Made by a program: the position numbers and the translations under genes. DNA of 50,422 nucleotides, counting the filler, from Jimgerdemannia flammicorona (taxonomy: Eukaryota): the NCBI GenBank assembly GCA_003990765.1. It is 2 parts of 2 records of this genome, joined end to end, with 100 filler letters (N's around TTAATTAATTAA, not from the genome) between each part and the next. Parts side by side here need not be neighbours in the genome. Positions count along the whole stretch, not along the records: positions 25,267 to 50,422 come from RBNJ01000873.1; 1 more part is not named here. One strand, given 5' to 3'. The notes below the pieces were generated by a model, which worked only from the letters and a program-made list of their open reading frames with translations, did not search any database and had not been told where the DNA came from. Of the stretch, positions 33,218 to 45,849 are shown one piece after another. Position 1 is the first letter of the stretch, and every line of letters begins with the position of its first letter.

Positions 33218-35560
33218 ATTATGACTGAATCTGATATCAGAAAACTTCTAACATCCTTATATTATATATGTGGTCATAGTGATCAAGTTTTTGAAACCTG
33301 CAATATTGTAGGATACTTCAATATGATATGCATTGAGCATAATGATAGTGATGAGAAATCACCACTCTGTACTTCTGGAGTATCTGAAAATATATAGATA
33401 TATTCTATATATAATCAGACTGGTGTCAGTATAATTATTTTAACTAGTTATATATATATATATAATATTATTCTAATTAGAAATTATCTCTTTATCAGGT
33501 TGGAATTAAGTATGATACTAATATCAAAGTAGATATTCAGTTATTAGAGTTTAGTGAAATAGTATAAAATACTATTATAGAAGCTACAAATAGTATATTT
33601 GGAGAATATAGTATAAGTGTTTATTTGTAGAGGAATGGTGAGAGGTTTGTAATATTATTATTATTAATTATTAATTTCATCTATTATTTATTTATATATA
33701 TAAAGCAATGCCAAATATTTATCTATTTACATATCTTTAATAGTGGTAACTCTCTTTAATAATATATACATATAAAATATACATTTCAAATGATATTCTG
33801 ATGCACACAAATAGCTAATTATAAAAACACATGTGAATGAAGCTGGAGACTTTTAGTTTGAGTAAGATAGTGATGGAAACCCATGATCACTTGCCAAAAG
33901 CATGGTAAGTAATTTAGTATATTTGTGTTCATATCTTTATAATTTATCTAAATCTAATTTGAATTATAATTATAGTTTTTTGATACTCTCTTCAAGTTGT
34001 CTATATATAGTAATATCAACCTCAACAGATCATCTTTGTAATATTTGAAGAGGTCTGTGAATTTATTGTTTACTATATAATACAAGCCAATGTCAAAATT
34101 ATTCTCTAAATATACTTAAGAGCAAACACAATGGCAACTATCTCAAAGATAGCTTTTGCTTGCAAAAAGCAAGGCAAATATATTGAAAAAAAGGTAGAGT
34201 ATATGACTATATAGACCAGCTACTCCTTTGTAATCAGAGTCAACTACAGAGCATCCTCTAAAGAATTTACAATAACTCAAACAAATCTGAATCACAATCA
34301 TGAGCCTGCTGCTATCAATCTCCCAGGAAAGGTAACAATAATGCCGATAATGATAGAGATACTAACTGAGATTGTAGAGACTATGATGGAAGATAGGAAG
34401 ATGTTAGATAGCAAAAAAGTGGTGAAAGATAAGAAGATATTAGATGGTAAGAAAGTAGAGAAGCAGATAATGATATTAGATGATATGAAAGTAGCAGCTA
34501 TACCTGTCTGGACATGTATGTTTTGACCATAATGTGACTTTATTTGCAAAATATGTGATGCCAGTTTCTTATTACTTGTCTTCTACTATACTTGTTTTAG
34601 AAATATCTTGCATCTATACCAGTTTCCAATCTACTAACAGCAGCACTTATATTAATAGCCAATGACCAAACCAGCATAGCCATCAGAACTTTGGAGTGAT
34701 AGATATTACATATAGTGACATCAAATCTGTGAATACAATCGCTTGCCTTGAGGAGTAGTATGTACTGCAGCAGCTATAATTTGCAGATAGTACATGATCA
34801 GGTGATGTATTGGGTACATGATCAAGTGACTAATTGGATACAATACATTGGACATACAATCAAGTGACTCATTGGGTATATAATCAGATAATTTATTATA
34901 TGTGCCCAAATATGCATCTAATATATCGCAATTCTTACTATAACTATGATAGCCTCTAATAATAATATGCCACAACCAGGTCTCATCTTTTTTAACATTT
35001 GAAGAGGCCCATAAAGATTAATTATTGAAAAGACATTGACAGATAATATTTTACATAAATCAAATTTCATATCACTTATAATGCTGGTAGTCTATATATA
35101 ATTGTCTGATCAACCATATATATTACAGAACTAGAATTTATAGTTAGTTATAGACTGCAATGTTATAAGTTATTGAATATTGCTTCTAGTATATTCTGTA
35201 ATCAAATATACCAAATTCTTCAATTAGATAATTTTAATATTTGAGCTGACCTAAATTTCATTCAATATAATAATACAATATATTTCACATTGTCCTTTCA
35301 ATGGTTAATATCTTTGCTACTATATAGCAATTATATATTTTGGCTCTATACCATATATCAGACATCTCTCTATATAGTTACAGAGCTATATTGCATCAGA
35401 TATAATGATATCTATATGTATTATACTAAGATGATCTACTAAATTATAAATTATTAAAGCAGACACTAGTAATACATATATATTAAATTAAAAGTGATCT
35501 TTAAACATATTATAACTTGACAATATATATTATAACAAATATGATAGTATACTATATAAA
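33218..35560 (+). pseudogene. Heavily eroded, probably intron-containing gene relic, unassigned
   Basis: Coding-like blocks alternate with AT-rich intron-like blocks (e.g. GTAAGT at ~33905 to TAG at ~33975), plus an acidic repeat at ~34340-34490. No firm domain recognised. Confidence 0.35.
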
Positions 35561-37276
35561 ACAAGTAATTATTTATATTATATTTATGAATTTGGATTTG
35601 TAAAACAATTTTATATATATTGAATCATAGTGATCTCATAATAATATATTGTGATAGGTTTAATTTAATATATAAATAATATAGTTATATTCATCATCTC
35701 CTTTATTTATATATAATCTGATACTGATATCTACTTATACTTACAATAGGTGATGACTACTATAAATGCAATCCACCAATAATATGAGGCCTTTTAGCAC
35801 ATTCTTTTGATTGATTTCCTATGGATTTTTTTAATTGTAGATCAATATGTTTTTTCAATTATTTTTTTTTTATCTGACATTTTTATTTTAATACATTTTT
35901 GCAATTTTTTTTCTCTGGATGTTTTTGAGTATGGTTCAATATAATTTTTTAATTGTTTTTGAACAGACCTTTTTTATTGTAACTTATTGTGGTTTTTCAT
36001 TTTTGATATTATAAAATCAGATAGCTGATATGGTATGAAATTATCAGTTAGTAGATATATCAGATTTCATTATTATTGTAGCTAATATATTCTTGCTCTA
36101 AATTGATAATTATATATAAGATCTTCAGGTAATTTATCAAATTCAACAAATATGTTATAAAAGTCTTTATGATCTTTCTCAAATAGAATATATGTCATGA
36201 TTGATGGAAGTATTCTATTAACAGAACACTGTTTATAAATATCAGCACCACACTCTAGCATCAGGATCTTAAATATATTGAGATCATTGTGTAGCATTAC
36301 AGAGATGAGTGCAGAGTTGATGTCTTTCAGTGTAGCTCCAAATTTATTACAAAGCATCTGAATTATCTCATGATATCCTCCATCTATTACCAGTTGTAAT
36401 GCTGTTTAGTTTCTCTAATCTTGGATCCTAATATCAGTATTGAATCTAGTATAAAGTATTTTTATAACCTCTGGATAATTTTTTACCACTATAATATATA
36501 GTGGTGTTATTCTACTATATCTCTGCAGATTGATATTAGCTTTGAGATAAGTAATAAATATCTCAATGAGTTTAAGATCTCTCAATATGATGGTACTATG
36601 GAGCAGTGTCCAATATTTGTAAGTCACTGTTCAACCTGCCATATATTCCATGATGACTATTCTGGGATCCAATAACCACTGGGTCAGCATTTTGGTAAGA
36701 TATGAGAGTCTTTCAATTATAATATTGATGGTGAGTTCATTATCAATAGATATCTCTACAACTGGTTCTTGTAATTCAGCAGTAAGGGCAGAATGTTTTT
36801 GAATATATACATAATTGGGCTATATGTATCATTATTATATTGACTAGTATTAGTACTATAATCATTTACCAAGACTCTGAATATATTATGGTCATCATTT
36901 AGTATAGTAGAGATAAGTGCAGAATTGATATCCTCTTATATAGCTTTAAACAGATTATATAATATATGAATTATATGGTGGTGTTTTTTATCTATTATCA
37001 ATTATAGTGCTATTTAATTATACTAATTCCTGATTATAATATCAGCACTAAACCTAGCATAGAGCATTCTTACAACTTCAAGTTTTGTCATATCTCTACA
37101 GATTGACATTAAATCTGAGACCAACAACAAGATCCTTTATAAGGTTGAGATCTCTCAGTAGGGTAGCTTCATATAGTATTGTCCAACATTCATTATAGTA
37201 CATAATTCCATAAATCTCATATCTTGCAATAAATGTATTAGAATTTACAATTGAACTCTGTTTGTATCTCTGGTCT

Positions 37277-37681
37277 TGTAATGGTTCTAGTTTTTAAATG
37301 AGGAAGTGACTAGTTCTGGTGGTTCTAAGTAGCTCGAAGAGATACTTAAGGGTTCAAGTATTCTTAAAGGATTTCTGGGAGAAAATATTCTGAGACTTTA
37401 TTCATGAGAACAAAGGGAATATTTATACAAGATCTGAAAGAAGGATCCAGAAGGATCTGAGAAATCAAAAGAAAATGCCAAGAGGAAAGTTCTCAGCAAA
37501 GATGACAAATGATGACAAATAAAGTTTTACAAGTTTCCAGAATATTTTGTAACTAGCTAAATAAGTACTAGTTAATACTTGGTGCCAAGAAGGGGATTTC
37601 TAAGTATGCAGAAAGTGCTGAAAGGTTATAGAATATTCAAGAAAGATAGAGAAAAGAAATAAACTATGCTAAAATGTTACA
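37277..37681 (-). repeat. 3' LTR of Gypsy B
   Basis: Direct repeat of 42887-43291; adjacent to the PPT. Confidence 0.95.
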
Positions 37682-37994
37682 TCTCCCCCTCCTTAAGAAT
37701 CAACATCCTCATTGAATTCTCAAAGTTATACATAATAAACAATAAGACTAAAAGAAACTTCAAATTAAATATATCAACTTATTGGCAAGGATTGGCCATC
37801 CTTGTATAAGGTGAGGGCCAAAGTATCATCTTGATCAGATGAGAACTGGTTCGAACCTCATTGGTTGCAGGATTTATAGGGTTTTCTAATATCTCTTGTT
37901 TCTAATACTATATCCCTTAGAGAGCCCCAATGCATAATGTGCCTAATCAGCACAGTAGGTCATCTACTATCCAAGGGGAGAATCTCACAGACAG

Positions 37995-38170
37995 TCAATG
38001 AGTTCCTTTTTGCTTGAACTCTTGGATGAGGTCTTGGGAGTTCTTGAGATTGGCAGCAGGTTCCCAGGTGGCATCATATTCAGGGTAACCCATCTACTTG
38101 ACTAGATATTCTGTGCAATGGTATTGGACTTGCTTGTCTAAGATTTTCTCAACTTTATACTCGATGTGGT
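37995..38170 (-). pseudogene. Integrase C-terminal chromodomain of Gypsy B
   Basis: EYKVEKILDK...EYLVK*MGYPEYDATWEPAANLKNSQDLIQEF. Confidence 0.9.
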
Positions 38171-41100
38171 CTTTAACTATGACTGGTGCTGATGGTGTCG
38201 GAATTCAGCCAGGGTATGAGGGTGACTGGTTCCAGGCCTTGAGTTGTGATATATGGAATACTGGGTGTATATGCATGGTTGTTGGCAAGTTGAGATGATA
38301 AGACCAGGTGGAGACTTGCTCAGTGATCTCAAAGAGTCCAAGGTACTTGGGCTGAAATTTGGCTGACTGGCAGTTGACTTGAGATTGAGCCTTGATGTTG
38401 TCAGCTTTGAGTAGAACCATATCATCAATATTATATATGACATCTCACTGCTTCTTATCTGCATACTTAGCTTGATGTTGCTGAGCCTTTTGCAGGTTTG
38501 TAGTGGCAATCTTGAGAAGGGAATCCATTTTGTCAATAAGGTTCTGGGCTGTAGGGACTTGTGTGTAACTGGATTGCTGGAATGAGACTAGGCTTGCAGG
38601 GGTCTTGGGATTTTGACCATGAAGTAGCTGAAATGTGGAAAGGCCAGTTGATGATTGGGTGACATTATTGTAGGCAAACTCAGCATAGGTCAGATAGTGG
38701 TCCCAATCATCTTGCTCATAAGACACATAGTTTCTGAGCATTTGTTGGAGTGTTCTGTTCATTCGCTCAGTCTGTCCATCAGTTTGAGGATGGAAGGTAG
38801 TAGATATAGCAATTTGAATTCCAAGGGTCTTGAAGAGTGCTTGCCAGAAGTGGCTTGTGAACTAAGGGTCATGGTCACTGATAATTACTCAGAGAAGTCC
38901 ATAATGGTGGAAGACAGTCTTGAAGAAGATTCTTGAAATTTCTGGGATAGTGGTATTGGTTGTGATTGGCTTGGTAATTGTAATCTTAGTGAGATGGTCC
39001 ACAAACACAACAATAGCATCATAGCCTGTTCTGGTTCATGGAAGTTATACAATGAAGTCTATTGTGACTTGTTTGAACTTCTTGATTAGAATTGGTAGAG
39101 GTTGCAGAAGACCAGTGGGTGCTTGGTTGCTTGGCTTGTTTCTTTGGTAAAGATTGCAGCTTTAGACATACTCCTTGATTTCCTTGAGCATGCTTGGCCA
39201 GTAGTAGTCTCATTGGATATTCTTGACAGTCTTCTCAGTTCCAAGGTGGCCAGCTAGTGGAGAGTCATGATGTTCATGAAGAATCTTATACTGTAGTTCA
39301 GGGTTAGCAGGAATATATACTTTGTCTTGATAGTACATGAGGTTGTCCTTGATAGTGTACTTTTCCTTGAATTCCTTGATGTTCCTTTTTAGAACCAGAG
39401 AGTCTTATTCATATGCCTTCTTGATCTGATTGAGGAATTCAGGTGCCACAGTGACTTGTAAAATTGCGTCTTCTTGAAAGTGCATCTGGTACAACTAGAG
39501 TTTTGCCAGGCTTGTAGATGAAGTTTGGGGTGAAGGTCTGAAGTAGTTGACTCCACTTGGCTTGTTAGTGAGAAAGGGTTGGTTGAGTGTTGATGTACTG
39601 AAGGGATCTGTGATCAGTGATCATATCAAACTCAACTCCTTCTAGGTAGTGTCGCCAGGTCTTGAGGGCATGCATGATCGCCAGAAGTTTTTTTTCATAA
39701 GTAGCCAGCTTTTGTTCGGCTGGGGACAATTTTCTTGACTCAAAGGCAATAGGTTGGTGTCCTTGACCATCATCTTGAGAAATAACTGCACCAATAGCAA
39801 AGTTAGATGTATTTGTAGTAACTATGAACTTTAAGTTTGGGTCCATGTTTCTAAGGACAGGTGCATGGATCAGGCAGTTCTTGAGTTCTTGAAAAGCTTG
39901 TTAACAGAAAGCATCCCAGATGTAGGGGACATAGAGGTTGGAGTTGGGTTCCTTTCACAGGAGATTTGTCAAAGATTCTGCAATGCCAGAGAAGTTCTTG
40001 ACAAATTGATGATAGTATCCAGCCAGACCAAGGAAGGATCTGAGTTCAGTGAGGTTTGCTGGTACAGACCACTGTTAAATGGCTTGTATTTTCCTTGAGT
40101 CTACTTTAATTCCTTTGGCTGATACAATGTGTCCAAGGTATTCAACTTAATCCTTGAAAAATTCACATTTCTTGAGCTTTGTGTAGAGCTTGTTCTTGTG
40201 GAGGATCTTGAGGACTTGTTCAATATGCTTGAGGTGTTCTTCTTCAGTGCTACTGAAGATCAGGATGTCATCAATGTATACAAGTATAAAGATATAGAGC
40301 TGATTCTTGAAGACAGTTTGCATGAGATCTTGAAAGGTTGCTGGTGCATTGGTGAGACCAAAGGCCATGACTAGAAATTCATAGAGTCCAAAGGGTGTCA
40401 TGAAGACAGTCTTGGGTATGTCTTCTGGCTTGATTCGAATTTGGTGATACCCAGAGGTGAGATCAATCTTAGTGAAGTACTTTGCATTCTTGAGAGCATC
40501 AAAGATTTGATCTATGAGTGGTAGCGGATAATGGTTCTTGACTGTGATCTTGTTGAGTGCTCAGTAGTCTATGTACATCCACAGAGTATCATCCTTTTTC
40601 TTGACAAATAGGACTGGGGAGCCAAAGGGTGACTTGCTTGGCTGAATGGCTCCTTGCTCAATAAGTTCATTGAGTTCCTTCTTGACTACTTCAATTTCGA
40701 GTAGAGACATATGATACATTTTCTTCTTAGGTATAGCTACATCAGGTACCAACTTGATTTCGTGATCATGGTCTCTTGAAGGTGGTAGACCAGGTAGTTT
40801 GTCCAGGAAGACATCCTTGTACTTGTTCAGTAGTAACTTGATGCTTTTACTAATTGATAGCTTCTTGTCTTCTTTCTTTGGTCGGATCAGTACCACAAAG
40901 ACACAGGTAGCTTTCTTGAGGGCCTTCTTGAACTGAATTGCTGAAAGGGTAGCAATTGGGGTTTTCATCTGAGTCTTGTCTGGCTTGATGGTAATGTTGG
41001 TTCCATCCTGAATCAGGGTAACTTTATTCTTGGTCCAATCAATCTGAGGGTTGTATCATATAAGCCAGGGTTTGCCTAGGATTAGGTCATGGTCTCCTAG

Positions 41101-41377
41101 TGGTGCTATCTCAAAATCTAAATGTTCCTAGTACTTCTGGATCTTGAGATGGAGTTTAGTAGCAATTGAGTCAATTGATAAGGTAGTGCCATCTGCATTG
41201 ACAACTCTACCATTCTTGCTGGCTGGTTTGGTGAGAATCTTGAGCTTGTTGATGAGGTTCTTGTTGATGAAGTTCCCAATAGCTCCACTGTCTATGAGAA
41301 CATCTAGCTCTTGTCTCTTGACTAGACCTTTGAAAATGAGCATTGAATTGGCTCAGTTCTCAGCTATGCTTGCAACT

Positions 41378-41790
41378 TTGTCGGTGCTGCCAAAGCCTTT
41401 CTGATCTTGCTTGGTTGGAGACAGCTTGGTGACTTCTTTGATAACTGGTAGGGTAGCTCGCTCCAGATTGAGCTGTGCAATTCTGTCACCTTCATTGATG
41501 GTGTATGGTTAGTTCTTGTGGTTGACTAGCAGGACTTGCATTTCGCCTTGAAAGTCAGGATCAATGACTCCAGCACCAACATCCAATGAGTGCTTGAAAC
41601 TGAGGCCAGATCTTGGTGCAATTCTTGCATAATGTCCTTGGGAATTTCGACTGAAAGGCCAGTTGGAATGAGCCTTCTCTTATGTACTGGAATAGTGACT
41701 TGTTGTACTGCTTGAAGGTCCAAACCAATGGCTCCTTCTGACTGTGCTTGAGGGATCTGGGCCTTGGGGTTGACTCACATGAAATTGAGT
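41378..41790 (-). pseudogene. dUTPase domain of Gypsy B, between Gag zinc knuckle and protease
   Basis: [44 protein letters not shown]; one frameshift near 41635 plus stops. Confidence 0.92.
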
Positions 41791-42886
41791 ACAACTTCTT
41801 GTTCAACTGGTTGACCTTGGGTGTCTTTGGACAGGATCAGAATCCTCTTTGGTTCAGCAGTTTTCTTGGGACATTTGGTTGCAATGTAACCAGGCTGATA
41901 GCAAAAGAAGCAGGCTCCAGCCTTCTTGAGGCACTCCTTTTCCTCAGATATAAGCTTGCCTTTCTTGCTCTTATCAATGGTGTCTAGGTCCATGGGGGCA
42001 GGTCCCACAGTTCTGACTTTGAGTTCCTCCCTTTTGTGGTTGTTGTTGAAAGGCAGTCTCTTCTGTTCAAAGCAGTGACCATAGGTGATGAAATCAAACC
42101 TATCAGCAATCTTTATTGCTGTATCTAGGTCCTTGGGTTCTTCTAGTTCAACATGAACTTGGGTTTGACCTTTCAGGCCTTGGATGTACTTGTCGACCTT
42201 CTCATCTTCAGTGACATGTAGTAATTCAAACAGGATTGACAGGAATTGTGCATTGTATGCTTACACAGACTTGAGTTGTTTGACATTTGCCAGATGGTCT
42301 CACATGGCCTTGGTGCTATTGACTGGTTTGAATTGGTCTTAAATAGCATTAGAGAATTTGCCCCAGGTCTTGATTTGGCCAGAGAATCTGATATTCTGGA
42401 CATGATTTCATCACCAGATTGCAGCATTCTCTCAGAAGAGTATGGTGGTGAATTGGACTAGTGTTGCTTCTTCCAAATTAGTCAGTTCTCTGTATTGCTC
42501 CAATTGGAAAAGCCAGATATCAGTAGACAGTCCTCCTCTTTGACCATCAAAAGTGTCAGGCTTCTGAGGCTTGATAGTGACTGCTGTCAGATGTATTGAT
42601 GTCAGTGGAGGTGTGAAGGTATGAGCAGAGGCCTTGCTTTCCTTTCTTTCTATATGTTCTTGAAGTTGAGCAATCTGAGCTAATGCAGTCTGCAAAAGAC
42701 TCTCAATGGCTCTGTTTGACTGAGTAGGGTTTTGCTGTTCCTTTTCTTCTTGCTGATAGTATGAGGCATTACCTGGACCATAAGTACTGTATGAAGGATT
42801 TCACCCATTGTCCTCTATAGTGTTGTGACTGATATCTTAAGAGGTGTCTTGATAAGGCTAGGTGTAACTTAACCACTGCTATCAAG

Positions 42887-43291
42887 TGTAATGGTTCTAG
42901 TTTCTAAATGAGGAAGCAACTAGTTCTGGTGGTTCTAAGTAGCTTGAAGAGATACTTAAGGGTTCAAGTGTTCTCAAAGGATTTCTGAGAGAAAATATTC
43001 TGAGACTTTATTCATGAGAACAAAGGGGATATTTATATAAGATCTGAAAGAAGGATCTGGAAGGATCTGAGAAATCAAAAGAAAATACCAAGAGGAAAGT
43101 TCTTGGCAAAGATGACAAATGATGACAAATAAAGTTCTACAAGTTTCCAGGATATTCCGTGACTAGCTAAATAAGTACTAGTTAATACTTGGTACCAAGA
43201 AGGGAATTTCTAAGTATGCGGAAAGTGCTGGAAGGTTATAGAATATTCAAGAAAGACAGAGAAAAGAAATAAACTACACTAAAATGTTACA
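42887..43291 (-). repeat. 5' LTR of Gypsy B
   Basis: Direct repeat of 37277-37681; adjacent to the PBS-like site. Confidence 0.95.
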
Positions 43292-44164
43292 GGTCTAGCC
43301 ATTCTATGAAATATGAAACCCTTTCAATCATTGTATTATAGGTAGTTTTGAAATATATATATACTACTCCTCTATAAAAGAATATTTTGATAAAGGCATA
43401 ATTCTTATTTAGACTGGCTGCTATATATAATAATACTATACCATTACTATGTTCAATGAGATCAGTACCACAATTATATATCAGAACTATAAATATATCA
43501 AGATCATTATTTTGAATGGCTGATATGAGTACAGAATTGATTTCTTCCTGTGCAGCTCCAAATTTTTACAGAGTTTTTTAATTATCTCATGGTATTCTCT
43601 ATTTACTATCAGCTATAGTACTGTTTGATATTACTGATCTCTAATTTCTATATCAGTACTATATATGGTATAGAGTATTTCTACAGCCTCAGGGTGATTA
43701 TTCTCTACTACAATATACAGTAGTGTCATTTCATTATACTCTTGATGGTTGATATTGGCCTTGAGATCTACAACCAAAATGGTAATAAGTTTGAGATCTC
43801 CTAGTTTAGTGGTCTCATGATCAATTATTTTATATAACAACTCTATCAGCCATATATTCTCCAATGACTATTTTGGGATCTAATTACTACTGGACCAGCA
43901 TTTTGATAAGATAGGAAAGTTTGTTAATCATGATATCAATCACATATTTACTTATATTGATAATTGGTAGCTCAGTGACATTATAGTCAGATTGATCATA
44001 AGTAGCTATATCTTGTAGATAAGTATCAGTCACAGATATACCATCATTATTAACTAATAGCTCTGTAATAGATTCTGATATCTCTTGCTGCTACTGGTCA
44101 GGCCAATGAATTCAATCATTTGGAAGAGTGTTAACATTCTACAGAGGAGATGTAATAGTAGACA

Positions 44165-44370
44165 CCTCAGCCATAGTATTGGTTGCCCATTCATCTACAA
44201 CTATAACATTGGTTGTCCATTTATTCTTGATCATAGCATTAGTTTCCCATTCACCTTTGACTATAGCATTGGTTTCCCATTCATCTTTGACTATATTATT
44301 GATTACCCATTCATCCTCAATCATAGCATTGGTTATCTCCATTCATTCTCAACCATTACATTAGTTGCCT
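44165..44370 (-). repeat. 30-bp coding tandem repeat (EWETNAIVKD-like) in the ankyrin relic
   Basis: About 6-7 copies of CCCATTCATCTTTGACTATAGCATTGGTTT-like units. Confidence 0.85.
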
Positions 44371-45849
44371 ATTTATCCTTATTTACAATATGTAACTCTA
44401 TGGTCTGTTTATATATTTCTGATATATTGGCCCAATTAATCTCAACATTTGAAGACATAGCTATATCATGCAGGTTGATAGTAATGGCTAGCAGTTCAAT
44501 TATAATATCAATCATTAGTTCACCATTATTACTAATAGGTGGTTTATATGTATTGGTAATAATATCAATTAGAGTAGTATCAATCATCAGTTTATCCTCA
44601 GTAACTATAGATGACTTTATATTCTATATATATAGATCCAGAGGAGTAGTCAACTTTGTGGTCTGTATAATATTTAAAGATATAGCTATATCATATAGAT
44701 TAACATATAGATCAGAAGAGATAGCAGCATCCTGCAGATAGGTAGAGTTGGCAAGATTTTGTTTATATTTATATACAAGATACAATGTGGTAGATATTTC
44801 TATCATTATATTGATCACCAGTTTATCCTCAGTAACAATAGGTAGCTCTATATCTTATACAGGTAGATCAGATGGAGTAGCAGCATCTTACAGATGGGTG
44901 GATTTGGCAAGAATTTTTTTTTTGTTTACAAGTAAGATACAATTATATATTTCATTTATTTGGATACATTTTGGATTGGTTGAGATGAGTCAGAGGAAGA
45001 AATTTGATTGAGATGGGTCAGATTTAAGAAGAAATTTATGGATATTTATAATTGAGAGAATAGTGTAATTTTAGACTAGAATAGATAGGCTAGAGTGCAA
45101 TTTCAATTTGTTAGTACAATTATAATTCTCACTCCTTTCTATAAAGCTGATAATTGATAGTGCCATCTGATAGTGCAATTTCAGACTGGATTGGATAGGC
45201 TAAAGTGCAATATATTACAATTTGTTAGTGCAATTACAATTTCTACCAATTTCCACCCTTTCCATAAAACTGAAATCTTTTAGATCTTATATTATCTGAA
45301 GCTCAGACCTAATTATATCATAATTATGGATCTTTAATCTGCTTGCCATCATATAAATCATAGCTTATATATATCAATAGTATGACTTGGTCTCTGCCCA
45401 GACCCTATTTATGAACTCAATGAATACTTACAATAAAGATATAAAGATTTCAAATAATATAGAGGAAAATGATCAATATTACTTTTAGCAAATAGCCAAA
45501 TTCATTATATGGTATTAGGACAAATATATATTCCTAACTAATGACAAATTGTATTTATACAACTGAGTTTTTTATATATATTTAATAATTTTGGAGGAAT
45601 AAAAGGTATCAAGTCCAAGTTGTCTTATATAGTTCTTGTAGTTATTGGTTTGCCTATTGATACATGAATCCAAGATAAGTTTATATATACTGTGTTAGCA
45701 AGATTAAGATCTGTCATCTATATATCTAATAGCATAAATTTGGTGCTACTATTTATATATTACAACTAAATACTAATAGCAAAAATCAAATCTATTATAT
45801 AGTTTCACAACAGCATATACATATATATATATTATAGTCACTTGGACTT

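Larger units (their letters stand above)
37277..43291 (-). mobile_element. Full-length degenerate chromovirus-type Ty3/Gypsy retrotransposon B: gag-dUTPase-PR-RT-RH-IN-chromodomain
   Basis: 405-bp LTRs with TG...CA ends; perfect TSD GGTCT; PBS-like TGATAGCAGTGG; PPT AAGGAGGGGGAGA. Gag KPDTFDG, PMDLD, CFFCYQPGY; protease LIDSGA; RT YIDD; RNase H; integrase. Confidence 0.96.
36082..44955 (-). pseudogene. Ankyrin-repeat gene relic split by Gypsy B
   Basis: Ankyrin-like blocks WTLLHSTIILRDLKLIEIF...ANIN...ITPLYI (36415-36627), a second copy at ~36900-37200, and 43631-43864. Repetitive N-terminal region at 44000-44950. The 5' end is approximate. Confidence 0.72.
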
